64,000 bases of DNA, taken from Octopus sinensis (lineage: Eukaryota). Below are positions 40,176 to 52,929 of this stretch, piece after piece. The first letter of the stretch is position 1. Each line of letters opens with the position of its first letter. The stretch covers positions 7,026 to 71,025 of the forward strand of contig NW_021834236.1 of the NCBI RefSeq assembly GCF_006345805.1. The letters are read 5' to 3'. The notes below the pieces were generated by a model. The model was not told the origin of the DNA. It did no database searches and was given only the letters and a program-made list of their open reading frames with translations. Made by a program: the position numbers and the translations under genes.

Positions 40176-40280
40176 CAGAAGAAAGCTATTACGGCTATTG
40201 GCACGGCAGCTGAAACTAGCTCAAGATGGCTATGTTTGTTAAAAGACCGCAAGTGGAACCTTTCCGCAGGTAAAGACTAG
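40176..40280 (+). pseudogene. Possible C-terminus of a HERO/R2-like (RLE) LINE ORF
   Basis: QKKAITAIGTAAETSSRWLCLLKDRKW resembles the recalled HERO-type C-terminal pattern AI..I..AAE..S.WLW.KR...W. Not verified by search. Confidence 0.4.
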
Positions 40281-41066
40281 CTTAGTCCTCGCTGCTCCTC
40301 TTAGGTGAAGCGTACTAGCTAATGGGCCATACGTTCGAGACCCTAAGATACCTGCAGTCGATATGGAATGGTTTCCAGTATTGCAAAGGCATTTTGAAGA
40401 GCTTGCAAAACCTCTCAGTAGCTGCTGTATATTCCATATAAGACAAGGCATCTCTGATGTTTATTACACCTATAACAGATAGTTTTTGCAGTCGGTTGCG
40501 AAGAAAGCAATATCTCTTTAGCCAGAATCACTATGTTACCTTTTGCAGTGAGGCATTTCAAACATGGCTGTTAAACCTTGTATGCACTTAAATTTACAAC
40601 AAATATATAGGAAAAATAAACGGAAGTAATATATTCAAAATAACGCGCATTTGCACCTTAATAATGCAGCAGAACAGAAAAAGTATAATTTTCAATGGCG
40701 AATATATCTCATAAGGTCACATACAAACAATATCAGAGAAAATTATGTGGGAGAAAATTCCTCGTTTGTTTGTCAGCAACTTCAAAAATGCCGGATATGA
40801 TAAAATGACACTATATTGTCTATTAACTATCTGGGAAAAGACATCATATGGCACAATATGTGACAAAATCTGTTGCATTTACGAATGGTTTGGTCACATT
40901 ATTTTGCCAAGGATTGAGAGGAGGAGGGGAGTAAACTTGGATTCAGAAATTTTCTGTGAAGAATTTAAGTTTACATCAGCCACACTAAAGTGTACAGGAT
41001 TATCGCTTGGATTATCGCTGCAAATACAGTACGTATTTGCAATTCCTTATAAATGCTCTAAACTAG

Positions 41067-41397
41067 GAAGAAGAAAATAATTACAGATTTATTAAAATTA
41101 CATGCGTGATTTATATGATAATTTTATTGTTTTCAGTAATAAAAATATCTTTTTAACATCTGTTAATATATTGTATTTATTACGAAGAAGAAAATATTAC
41201 GAAATTTATTAAAATTACACATGTGATATATAAAAATAATTTTATTGTTTTCAGCGATGAAAATATATTTTTAACCTCTACTAATATATTGTATATATTA
41301 AGAAGAAAAAAATTATTGCAAATTTATTAAACTTACATGTGTGATTAATAAAATAATTTCATTATTTTAGTAATAAAAATACCTTTCCTAATATTGT
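41067..41397. repeat. ~117-bp AT-rich minisatellite, about 2.8 copies
   Basis: Units start gaagaagaaaa at 41067, 41184 and ~41300. Confidence 0.85.
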
Positions 41398-41599
41398 ACA
41401 AAGGCACTATTACACTTAGTTTTAATTTAAATTAGTTTTAATTGAAATTATACTTGCTCACACGATTTTCCATTCACTTTCTGATATGTGTCAATAGATT
41501 CTGGCAGCAATATAAAATATTATTATTATTATACCGTGAAGGAGAAGTGCACGCCATAAAAGTGACGCTGGAGTACAAATATACGAAGCTCAGTATACT

Positions 41600-42065
41600 C
41601 ATCATGACTACCTGTCTGATAAGGGTACACCAGCTACATTCATCTCAGCTATATGAGCGTGACATTGTGATCCCATATCAAGATTAACAACGTATGAGTT
41701 TGCAGGTGGGGCCCAGTTAGATTTTCCTTTAGGTTGAGTAGCCCATCCCGCTCAAAAGGTCCCTGAATGTGGGTTCTTGAAGGATGATGAACGAAACACC
41801 CATGTTTCCAGCGGTGAGTTATTCAAACCCAAAAGAATCCCTCTCAGCACATGGCTACGATGCTCCCCTACTTCTTTTGCTCGTGATCAGAGATGCACAT
41901 ATCGTCCGCCACGAAGGGACATACTCAAATGACAATCAAATCTGTGGTATTGACCAGAATATTAGCTGTAGCCCATTTCTTATACCAAGACATAGCATGT
42001 ACATAATTCCACTTCCAATCAGTTAAGATCAGAAGGCATGAGAGCAATTGCCTGGTGCTTCTACT
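41600..42065 (+). mobile_element. Repeat family D (retroposon-like, (ATT)n tail)
   Basis: Colinear with 61736-62228 (catgactacctgtctgataagggtacaccag...gttaagatcagaag...gcctggt). Both copies are followed by (ATT)n. Confidence 0.75.
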
Positions 42066-42105
42066 GCTTGTATTATTATTATCATTATCATTATTATTAT
42101 TATTA

Positions 42106-42154
<49 letters not shown>

Positions 42155-42875
42155 TTCCTCGTCGTCGTCGTCATTATTATTTAAGCATTTGTTTATTTAC
42201 TAATTCAGTGGATCATTCTTTTTAATTATCACCTGAACTGAAAATGAAATTTGTGATTCCCACATGTCATGAAAAATGAATGGCTTCTATCAAAATAATC
42301 TTTCTCCAAAAGCTATGCAATTAACAATTTAAACAAACAAGCAAATGTGTAAATAAATGAATAAATGTACAATTGGAATTAAAAAGAGTTAGATTCCTAC
42401 CATCATTAATTTTCTGAAAATAAATACGAAGAAGAGGTGAGAAACCCGGTTATTATTTTGACAGCTATTTGAAACACATAAGCAATAGTCACAAATATTT
42501 CATGATACAAAAGTGCAGTGGATCGACCTTTAAGCATACAAGGATTAAAACTCAAGTTTGTTTGGGGAAGTGTAAACACAATAATATATATGTATATGCC
42601 TAACATGCTGGAATGAAACCGAAAATATATCTTGTGAGAATAGTCAGCAAAGGATGACAATTGGCTACCGATTGATTTTAGTTGATTCACCTAAACCAGT
42701 TTATAACCCACAGTGTGTCTTATGTATCTCATGAGGAGGAGACAGTCGTGGAAAGATATGCCCGATATGGCAATATGAGTAGAAAGAGAACGTTAGGTTG
42801 CTAGCTACGTAGATAAATCGATTGATTGATTGATAAGTAAATAAATAGATAGATTGATAGACATATTAATTAGAC

Positions 42876-42936
<61 letters not shown>

Positions 42937-42999
42937 CATAGAGAAATAGAGAGATATATTGATTAGATAGATAAATAGATGAATAAATTAGGTAGATAG

Positions 43000-43260
43000 A
43001 TTTCTTTATTGGCCACGCAGAGCTAGACACAGAAGGGACAAAATACAAAGTAGAATTTTTCTTTTGGGGAAGAAGAGAAGGGGAGAAAAAAATGGGGGGC
43101 GAATTCCAATCAAAAGGGATCGTGAAAAAAAGTGGGGCCGATCAATAGGGATCGTGTATCGCAGAAATGCCAATATAAAAAGGGAAAACAGATTAGGTTT
43201 GTCCGTGGATAGAAAAGCCTACGGAAAAGACCACAAGAACCTTGGGCAATAGTGGCATGC
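43000..43260 (-). mobile_element. LINE-like 3' end with aataaagaaat signal and (TCTA)n tail
   Basis: Minus ends tttgtcccttctgtgtctagctctgcgtggccaataaagaaat, followed by (tcta)n. The tail is homologous to the SINE B tail. Confidence 0.5.
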
Positions 43261-43429
43261 AAAAAGAAAACACATTATAGTAAATGGCTCTCTTTTTTCC
43301 CTTCTGTTTTTCTTTTTCTTTTGTTTTTCTTTTTTTTCATAGGATTATGCTCAAGCTGGCTCCGTCATTCATACATGTCATCTTTAGATATATAGATAAA
43401 TAGAGAGATAGATCGCTAGAGCGCTAGAC

Positions 43430-43481
<52 letters not shown>

Positions 43482-43490
43482 CGATCGATC

Positions 43491-43551
<61 letters not shown>

Positions 43552-43904
43552 GATACATAGAGAGACATACTGCCAGACAGAGCAAAGATTAGGTAGGTAT
43601 GTAGATAGAAGATGGATAGACGGATGAACAGCATGAGTCACAGAGAGACAGCCAGAGACAGAGACACAGAGAGACAGAGATCAGTGGCTCTAACGAGTTG
43701 ATGTGGAATTCATTACATAGAATACAAGAAGACAAAATGTTTTTGTAATCACATAATCAATTGTAAAATATATTTTCATCAATAGTTCTCGTATGCTCTC
43801 GGGAATAACAGTAAGCCGATGAATATACGTTAGAAATTCGGAATGAATGTTACATAAGTCAAAGTATGTTTTACAACTGATGTTTTATAAAGACGTGCTA
43901 AAAT

Positions 43905-44300
43905 CCTTAGACTGCGACCATGCTGCGACCATACTGGGGCATAGCATAGACAAATTTTTGTCGAATAAATAGACCCCAGGACTTAGAGTTTTTGAATCTG
44001 ACATTTATTCTCTCGGTCTGTTTTGTCGAACCTCTAAGTTACGGGGACGTAACCGTGCCGACACAGGTTGTGAAGAGGTGGTGACTTACAAACACAGAGA
44101 GACACACACGCACACACACACAAATACAAGCACAAAATCACACACACACATACAAAGGGCTTCTGTCCCGTCTATCAAATCCTTTCAGAAGGCATTGGTC
44201 CCCCCGCGGCTATAGTAGAAGCCACTTGACCAAGGTGATACGCATCGGGGATGAACGTGGAACCATGTGATTGGCAAGTAAACTTCTTATCACATAGCCA
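43905..44300 (-). mobile_element. SINE family A, diverged
   Basis: All modules recognisable. Confidence 0.8.
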
Positions 44301-44614
44301 CACCTACTAACAAAAGATTACTAACAAAAGGGTTACTCAGAAGAGAAAGTACAGGGCTTTCATTAGCGTCTCAAAGATTGTGGGTAAAACAATCGGGTAA
44401 CTATAAAAATCTTCACTGAATTCTTGCGCCAAAGTGGACTCTGTTAAAGGCCAATCTGTGTCAGGTTAAATATAAATTGGTTTTAGATATTGGCACAAGC
44501 TCAGCAAATCCAGGGGAGGGTTAAATATGTTGTACTAACTCCAGTATTCAACTGGTACTTAATTATCGGTAGTGAAAGTATAAAGGTGCTTATCCAAGCT
44601 GACATGCTGAGCAC

Positions 44615-44834
44615 TGGGGAAGATTTTTACATTATTTACATTCGACGGATATTTGTCCTCATCTTGTTTGTTGTTAACACAACATTTCGGCTGATATACC
44701 CTCCAGCCTTCATCAGGTGTCTTGGGGAAATTTCGAACCTGGGTTCTCATTCCTAAGGTATTTTTTGATGTTGCTATTATTATTATTATCATCATTGCTG
44801 CTTTTGTTATTATTATTATTGTTGTTGTTACTAA

Positions 44835-44865
<31 letters not shown>

Positions 44866-44993
44866 GTTGTTGTTGTTGTTACTATTATTATTATTATTAT
44901 TGTTGTTGTTGTTACTATTATTATTATCATTATTATTATTATTATTTGTATTATTATTATTATTTTTATTATTATTATTTTTTTTTTCTTCTT

Positions 44994-45024
<31 letters not shown>

Positions 45025-45130
45025 TTATTATTATTATTAATATTATTATTATTATTTATTCAGGTCACTGCTTGGAGTCGAAATCGGAATCCTGGGGTTA
45101 GAAGCCCGCGCTCTTAACCACTACGCCATA
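44615..45130 (-). mobile_element. tRNA head + (AAT)n + hammerhead tail element, copy 1
   Basis: A-box TGGCGTAGTGG (45128-45118), B-box-like gatttcgactcc (45085-45074), (AAT)n-type tract 45055-44770 and tail containing the hammerhead at 44721-44676. Confidence 0.8.
44676..44721 (-). ncRNA. Minimal type I hammerhead candidate
   Basis: gacac-CTGATGA-a-ggctg(gagggtatat)cagcc-GAAATGTT|gtgtt. Stems I and II have 5 bp each, there is an extra A after A9, and the stem III palindrome AACGTT is mutated to AATGTT. Confidence 0.6.
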
Positions 45131-45182
45131 GAACTGTACTGGGTAGATGTAATCGAGTGATATTCATATACGGAAACACAAT

Positions 45183-45225
<43 letters not shown>

Positions 45226-45959
45226 AGAGAGAGAGAGAGAGCGAGAAAGAGAGAGAATGAGAGAGAAGGGGGTAGGTAGAGAGAGGAGAGAGAAGAGAGA
45301 GAATAGGGGTAACAAGAGTAACATTCAAACGTCTGATGACAAATAGTTAGGGGTGGTTTCAAAGACGCCAAATAAGCGGAACCAAAACGGCTGTTCCAAA
45401 AATATCTCATACTCTTATGCTCCACCACAAGCTTCTGCCCGGTTCACAAGCACCAGACTTCGTTCACCCGTAACTACAATCAGATTAAAATCTCAAAAAT
45501 AAAACTGAAAAAACAAACAAACCCAAAAGCAAAACAATGGAATCTGAAATTACTTGAAAATTACTCAAGCATAGAAATTTTGTATGATTTTGTTTAATAT
45601 TTTCTTTGATATTCCAGCGAGGATTCGCTCAGGAAATCATTATCTAAAGTATTATTCTGAAGAAGAAATTAAAGAATTTTGTTTTATTTACGTGGTATAT
45701 TTTAAAGGAAATCTTGTCTAGATTCGCTCTGATTTAAAGTGTCAATAATTTAACGTTTTCAGTAAAATTTTCTTTGATTTGTATAAATATTTAAACGTGT
45801 ATTCAATAAAGTGAGCTAAAATTCTTTCCCTCTTTGGTTTATTCATTATTATCGATTTCAGAAATATTCTGATATACATTAAAATTGTGGCGAAATGAAT
45901 AGTGTAAACTATCGATTACGTAAGACGCACACCGCTTTTGCACATGCGCACACATAAAC

Positions 45960-46570
45960 ATGTACACCCATCCATCCATCAATCTATCCATCCATTCATC
46001 TATTCATGTATGTATGCATGTATGTGTGCGTGCGTGCATGTGCATGTGTCTGTGTGTATGTATACATGTATATACTTGGATCTACATACATGCTGCATAC
46101 GTGTACATATATATGCGCAGAAAAATATATGCATATAAATATGTATATGCATATATATATATGCATATATATATGTATATGTATGTATGTAAATATATAT
46201 ATATATATGTATGTTTGTGTGTGTGTGTGAGTGTATGTATGCATATATATGTATATATATATATATATATATATACATACATACATACATATATATACAT
46301 ACACGTATACACACAGATATAAATGTACATATAAATGTATATAAATTAAAAGTTTACACAGACATATGTACATATGTATGTCAGTTTATCTGTATCCGCA
46401 TATATTTTATATATTCCAAATGCACATACGTACATACATAAACACATACATACATACATAAACACATACATAAATACATACATAAATACATACATAAATA
46501 CATACATACATAGATACATATATACATACATGCATACATATATTCATACATATAAATTGTGTGTATGTCT
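45960..46570. repeat. (TATG)n/(CATA)n microsatellites
   Basis: Direct. Confidence 0.9.
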
Positions 46571-46714
46571 ATGTGTGTAAATGTGTGTAGTTTTGACGAA
46601 TGGTTAATAAACTTACTTCGCAAACACGAAGTCTTTTACTGTGTAGTCTTTTACCGAAAAATCGATTTTCTATAAACTCAGTTCCCACATCTCGAAGGAT
46701 GATGCAAAAAGGTT

Positions 46715-47130
46715 ACATCGACACCAGCACTTGATAGGTACTTTATTTATCAATCCCCATAGAATGAAAAGCACAGCTGGCCTCCGCAGGATTTTAACTC
46801 GAAATGTAAAAAATCCAAAGAAATACCATTAAGCATTTTGTCGAACCCCCAATGACTTTATCAGTCCACTACCTTAGTCCCATTAGGCCCTAAAGGGATC
46901 GCAATACAATTCGTCATTTTAAGGCGGCGAGCTTGTAGAGTGGTTACCATGTTGGGAAACATGCTTATTGGTCTTTCGTCCATTTTTACGTTCTGAGTTC
47001 AAATTCCGCCAAGGTCAACTTTGCCTTTCATCCTTTTGGGGTTGATAAAAAAAGTATTAGTTGAATACTGGGTTCGATGTAAGCGACTTACCCCTCCACT
47101 CGAAATTACTGTCCTTGTGCCAAAATTGAA
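46715..47130. mobile_element. Two SINE B copies in opposite orientation (46715-46870 minus, 46920-47130 plus)
   Basis: Central domain and head on both strands. Confidence 0.75.
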
Positions 47131-47624
47131 GCAAATAAAATTTGTCTTTTCGTTGAAAAGTTTCGTTTCATTTTTCCCAGAATATCTTGTATCTACCAGA
47201 ATATTGCACGTTGTTTATTGTCAGACCACGTGGCAGAAATTCATGGTGCCATACACTCTTCCGTCAAAATAGACGATCGACCTTATCTGAATAATTCTCA
47301 GGTAAGTTTTATTGGACCCATCGCGGCGAGAAGGATCCGCCCCCAACTGGGGCGACTGTCAGATGTCTTGCTTTGAGATTGTGATGTCAGTGAAGCAATT
47401 ACATCGTAGAAGAGACATTTTACAAAATTACAAACGAAGAAAATAACTTTTACTTTGCTTTTTTTATATTTCTTTCAAAATTCATTTTTATCTTGAAAGA
47501 TTGGTTTTCTTTGTAATGATGATGGTGAGATTTGTTTTCAATTTTTTTACTTAGGTATAAAAGCTGCTAAAAAATTATAATTTTCATTCATACTTTTGAT
47601 TCTGTGTGTGTGTGTGTGTGTGTG

Positions 47625-48120
47625 TGTAGGAGCAAGCGTGGCTGCGTGGTAAATAGCTTGGTTCCCAACCACGTAGTTCCGTGTTCAGTCCCAATTGCGT
47701 TTGGTACCTTTGCCACTTTCGGCAAGTGCCTTTTACTATAGCCTCAAGGCGACCAGAGGCTTGTGAGTTGATTAGACAGAAACTAAAGGAAACCTGTCGA
47801 ACACACACAACACATACACACACACACGCACACACACCCACACATACACATGTGTATATATATATATATATATGTATTTATATATGTGCATCAGTGTATG
47901 TGTGTCTTTGTGGCTAGGATTGTTCTTCATTATTGCTTGACAATCAACGTTAGTGTGTTTACGTCTACGTAACTTAGCAGTTCGGCAAAAGAGCCAATAA
48001 AATAAGTATTGGGCTTAGAAAAACAATGAGTGCTGGGGTCAAGCAAGCCGACAAAAAAATTTGTAAAGGTGGGGCCCCAGCGTGGCCGCAGTCTAATGAC
48101 TGAAACAAGTGAAGGATAAA
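47625..48120 (+). mobile_element. SINE family A
   Basis: Head aggagcaagcgtggctgcgtggtaa through to the tail gactgaaacaagtg. Confidence 0.8.
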
Positions 48121-48719
48121 AAATATACACACACACAGACACTATGCATACACACACACACACACATATATATACGCATATACATACATCTGTGCTCACA
48201 CACACATGCATACAAAAACACACATACATGCAGACAAACATACACATAGAAAAACATACACGTTTGTACAAATTGTTTTTAAGAGTATATGGATAAATAA
48301 ATTCAATAAAAACAGACACGGAATAGGAAAACCAAACACACAAAAAAAAAAAGAAAACTAAAGGAAAAAAAACATACATGAATAAATAAAATCTATAATT
48401 CTATATTTAAAATCGAAAGAAATGGAATCAAATATTGTAAATAAAATAAATTAAAACTGTTTTGAATAACAAAGTTTGGATGAAAAAATATGTATGATAT
48501 GAAGTTAAAGAAAACACTTTATGATGATTGCATTTAAATACAAGTAATGGAATAAAAACTAAATTGTTATAGCCAGAGAACCAACACAAATAATAAACAT
48601 TATAGTTTAAATGTAAATAAAACTTTAACGATGATATATTTTCTGAACTGTTTGAATATTATATGCGTACATACATACAAATACATATATGTATGTGTAT
48701 AGATATAGTTACCCCCCCC

Positions 48720-48757
<38 letters not shown>

Positions 48758-48874
48758 TAGATATATGTTTTGATATGTATATATGCATATATATACACAT
48801 ATACATATATATATATATATATAGACACTTATGCACACATTCAGACACATTCACATATGCGCATACACATACAA

Positions 48875-48915
<41 letters not shown>

Positions 48916-49011
48916 TACAAATATAAACATACATTCATAAACATATTATTCACGTAGACATTCACATAAAACATTCATTCACACATACACATACTGTATA
49001 AATACTTACAT

Positions 49012-49045
<34 letters not shown>

Positions 49046-49611
49046 ACACGTATACACACACGCACACACACAGAGACACATATTTTGGTTCGAAATGAAA
49101 ATGTATAATGAATTGCTTTTAGTTTTTTATAGTCAATACAATGTTCTGTATAATGATTTTATGCGGTAATTTCTCTTTTAGTGAGCACTCTACTTATAAG
49201 TGTTAACGAATATACATTTTAGGCATTTTCTTTATATATGCACTTCTCTTCTACCCTTTGTAATTACGATATGATTCGCTATAATCATATTTTAAGGATC
49301 GGTTCTTGAACTCAGCAATATACACTTAACTCTCTCTCTCTCTCTCTCCCTTTCTCACACACACACACGCACTCACACATGCACACATGCGCAAGCACAA
49401 GTATAATGTGTTTGTTGTTGATTAATGTGTTGGTTGTAGTACTGAAGAAATAGCAAGAACTTCTGAAATATGTATATACACTCATTGCCTGTTCTGTATT
49501 AGATCGCTTTGTTTACAAAGTCGCATTCATATACGAAAGGTCGTAACTTTCAGTGTTGGCTCTAGTTTCTATCAAGAAAATTTGCAGAGATAATTTGAAA
49601 ATGTGAATAGG

Positions 49612-49992
49612 CGTAGGAGTGGGTGTGTGGTAAGTAGCTTGCTTACATGGTTCCGGGTTCAGTTTCACTGCGTGGCAGCTTGGGTAAGTGTCTTCTACTA
49701 TAACCTCGGGCCGACCAAAGCTTGTGAGTGGATTTGATAGACGGAAACTGAAGTCGTATATGTATATATATATATATATGTGTGTGTGTCTGTGTTTGTC
49801 CCCCATAACATCGCTTGACAACTGATGTTGGTGTGTTTACGTCCCCGTAACTTAGCGGTTCGGCAAAAGTGACCGATAGAATAAGTACTAGGCTCACAAA
49901 GAATAAGTCTTGGGGTTGATTTGCTCGACTAAAGGCGGTGCTCCAGCGTGGCCATAGTCAAATGACTGAAACAAGTAAAAGAGTAAAAGAGT
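49612..49992 (+). mobile_element. SINE family A, full length
   Basis: aggcgtaggagtggg...gactgaaacaagtaaaagagtaaaagagta. Confidence 0.88.
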
Positions 49993-50036
49993 AATAGCAC
50001 TGCGTTAGACAGGTGGAAAACAGTAGTCACTTTCTA

Positions 50037-50810
50037 CAGTAATCACTCGCCATATCGCGGTTCACCTATCGTGCTCTCAGAACATCATCGTTCACCTATC
50101 ACGCCCTCAGTAACATTGCGCTTCACCTATCGCGCCCTCAGTACATCGTGGAAATTTCTGGCTACTATATGTAAATTTATATCGCGGACGCCTCACTGTA
50201 TCACGGATCTCAGCGGCCCCATAGGTATTTATATTTTTTATTATATTTAAATTATTTCTGTGGTAAAAAATTAATAAATTAATAAATAAAAATAGAGTAC
50301 AGTATTGCACTGTTTAACAAGAGTACTCAGACAGCACAAACCTCCGCCAATGTAACACCAACATCCTCTCAACTATTAGCCTGAAATGATTTTAAAATTA
50401 AGACTCTCTGAAATAAACTCGACTGCTCTCATAAACGAGAATATTTAAAATAAACCCGACTGCTCTAAAAAATTAAGTAAAAAAAACAGGAAAAATACTC
50501 CAGAATCCTTGCCCAGTACCGGATCGATCCCGAATTCTAATCTGTTCGTGGCAGTTGCGAGGCCAAACATCACTGAAAGTTTCATCCAAATCTATCCAAC
50601 GGTTCTTGAGATATCTTGTTCACGGAGAGACAAACACGAGTGAAAACAATACCTCCACCTTAGCGAAGGTGGAGGTAATAAAGTAAATATATACAAGTTA
50701 TAAAAATAATAATAATAAATATAAAGCACAGTACTGTTTCTACTTCGCGGATTTTCACTTATCGCGGCGGGTTTGGGAACGTAACACCCGCGATAGTCGA
50801 GGGATTATTG
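50037..50810. mobile_element. Tc1/pogo (Tigger-like) MITE with TA TSD
   Basis: Left TA|cagtaatcactcgccatatcgcgg and right (reverse complement) TA|caataatccctcgactatcgcgg. Internal ttcacctatcgcgc tandem motifs. Confidence 0.65.
50315..50680 (+). mobile_element. Helentron-associated (HINE/DINE-1-like) element nested in the MITE
   Basis: 5' taacaagag with subterminal acctccgcc, aagtttcatccaaatc...ggttcttgagatatc core, and perfect 3' hairpin acctccacct-tagcga-aggtggaggt (50651-50676). Confidence 0.7.
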
Positions 50811-50824
50811 TAAGCCCTTAAATA

Positions 50825-51092
50825 TAAAGGGTAAGGACCCCCTTCCGAGGCACCGGGCAAGGTTCTTTACGGAAGACCAGCAGTCACTCAGGCATACCAG
50901 CCTCATAACACGAAGGTTATCCAAGAGAAAGGCAAAAGGCCGATACATTTTGGCACCAGTAACGCTGCAACTTATTTCTACAGATGAGAGAACTGAAGCA
51001 ACGTGAAATAAAGAACACAACACACAGCCCAGTCCGGAAATCGAACTCACTACCTCAAGATTGTGATCCGGATGCTCTGAGCTATGCGCCTT
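50825..51092 (-). mobile_element. SINE family E
   Basis: Homologous to 5590-5912 (ggaagaccagcagtc, ggcacc.gt.ac, caacgtgaaata). Confidence 0.75.
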
Positions 51093-51250
51093 AAATATTT
51101 TTTGTGGTATATTATGACTGCATAACGAAATACGGTGACCTTACTAGCAATTAATGCACACACATATATATGTGTGTATAGTGCATGTGTTTATTTGGTC
51201 AAGAAATTAAATGACCATCTCAAAATACAACAATATATATGTGTGTGTGT

Positions 51251-51281
<31 letters not shown>

Positions 51282-51292
51282 CGCGTATGTGC

Positions 51293-51327
<35 letters not shown>

Positions 51328-51331
51328 CACA

Positions 51332-51521
51332 CGAGGGGTGTTGGAAAGTTTCTGGCTTTGGGTAACAGAAAATAAGGGAAGATCAGTTAATTATGATTTA
51401 TCCTCATTTATTGCAGCGGTCCTTCAGTTTTTCTAGACCATATAAAAGAACTCGGACGATTGGCCTTCCAGCCAGACCTTTGCGACACCCTTAAAACCTG
51501 GTACTTTTTAGCACCTTCCTG
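51332..51521. mobile_element. mariner-type MITE
   Basis: Left cgaggggtgttggaaagt. Right (reverse complement) caggaaggtgctaaaaagt, followed by TA. Confidence 0.6.
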
Positions 51522-52119
51522 TATATCTCAGTGTGTGAGATATTGCGAAGTAAGCGTGCTATAAATATCCCGAGAGCAATGCTCAAATTCGCTTTTAAAC
51601 AAGTGATTCAATGCGCACATTAAATCTGAGATATGTAATTCAAGAAGGTCCACCATTTATGTTTGCATATATATTAAAAATGAATGTGATGCTGTAATGT
51701 TTACTCTATCGAAGTAATGAAAGTTACCCAATCCCAGCAATGTATCTTTCTGATGGTGTTTGCCTTTTGGTTTCTTGAGAATTTACTTGGAACTCAACGG
51801 CTGTCTGTCAGCTTGGAATATGGCCAACGAGTTTATTCCACTCTAGGAACTGCTGCAGAGTATGCATAATACATGAAACATCATTTTCATGTTGTATTAG
51901 TATAATATCCTGCAAAAACATAGCTATACTATTGATTTCCGTTGTATATACATGAAATATCAATCCATAAAAATGAAGACAGCAGAGTACCCAGTGGCAT
52001 AACAGAGTGCGATAAATTTTGACTGTGTCGCTGTAAGAGATTATGATAATTAATAATTAAATATATCATTTAGATGAATTAAAATTATACTTCATAGCTT
52101 CATATTCGTCTATCTGTCC

Positions 52120-52374
52120 GCATATCTGTGCCTAGCTATCAGTCCGTCTGTCTGTCTGTCTGTCTATCTGTCTGTTTCTCTGTCTGTCTGTTTGTCTGTC
52201 TCTCTTTCTCTAACCATCTCTGTCTCTCTGTCATTCCGTCTATCTGTGTGTGTATGCACGTGTGTTTGTGCGGGTTTCTGTATTTGTGTGTAATTGATCA
52301 TAGCAATTTTCTCTGTAGTTTCAGATCCCAACTGAAGTGTGTGTGTGTGTGTGTGTGTATGTGTGTGTGTGTGT

Positions 52375-52412
<38 letters not shown>

Positions 52413-52700
52413 GAGAGACAGAGAGAGAGGAGTGAGAGAGAGAAACAGACAGACAGAGAGGAATGAGAGAGAGAAACAGGCAGACAGAAAGAAAGAGAGA
52501 GAGAGAAAGAGAGAAGCAGAATAGGGTGAAAGACAGAAATAGTGAGTGAGAAAGTGTGGGAACGACAGAGAGAGAAAGGAAGAAAGAGAAAGCTAGAGGG
52601 AGAGAGAAAGAGATGGAGAGAGAGGGAGAGAGCGAGAGATAGTGATAGAGAGAGTGAAAGAGAAAGAGATAGAGAGAGAGGGAGAGAGAGAGAGAATTTG
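52120..52700. repeat. (CTGT)n, (TG)n and (GA)n tracts
   Basis: Direct. Confidence 0.9.
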
Positions 52701-52929
52701 ACAAGAACAGAGAAGCAATAATGAAATGCAGTCGGAAAAGAACGAAATATTTTATCGGAAGTCGCTGTGGACAGTGACATTTACGATGGAAAGAGCATGA
52801 CCTGTACTCTAATTGATATGTCTGACGAGAATATGATTAAAATTGCAATAAAATTTGACTTAAATATAAATCATAATTTAATCTTTATAATAATGCAACT
52901 GCTTAAATTGGTTAAAATATGATTTTCAA

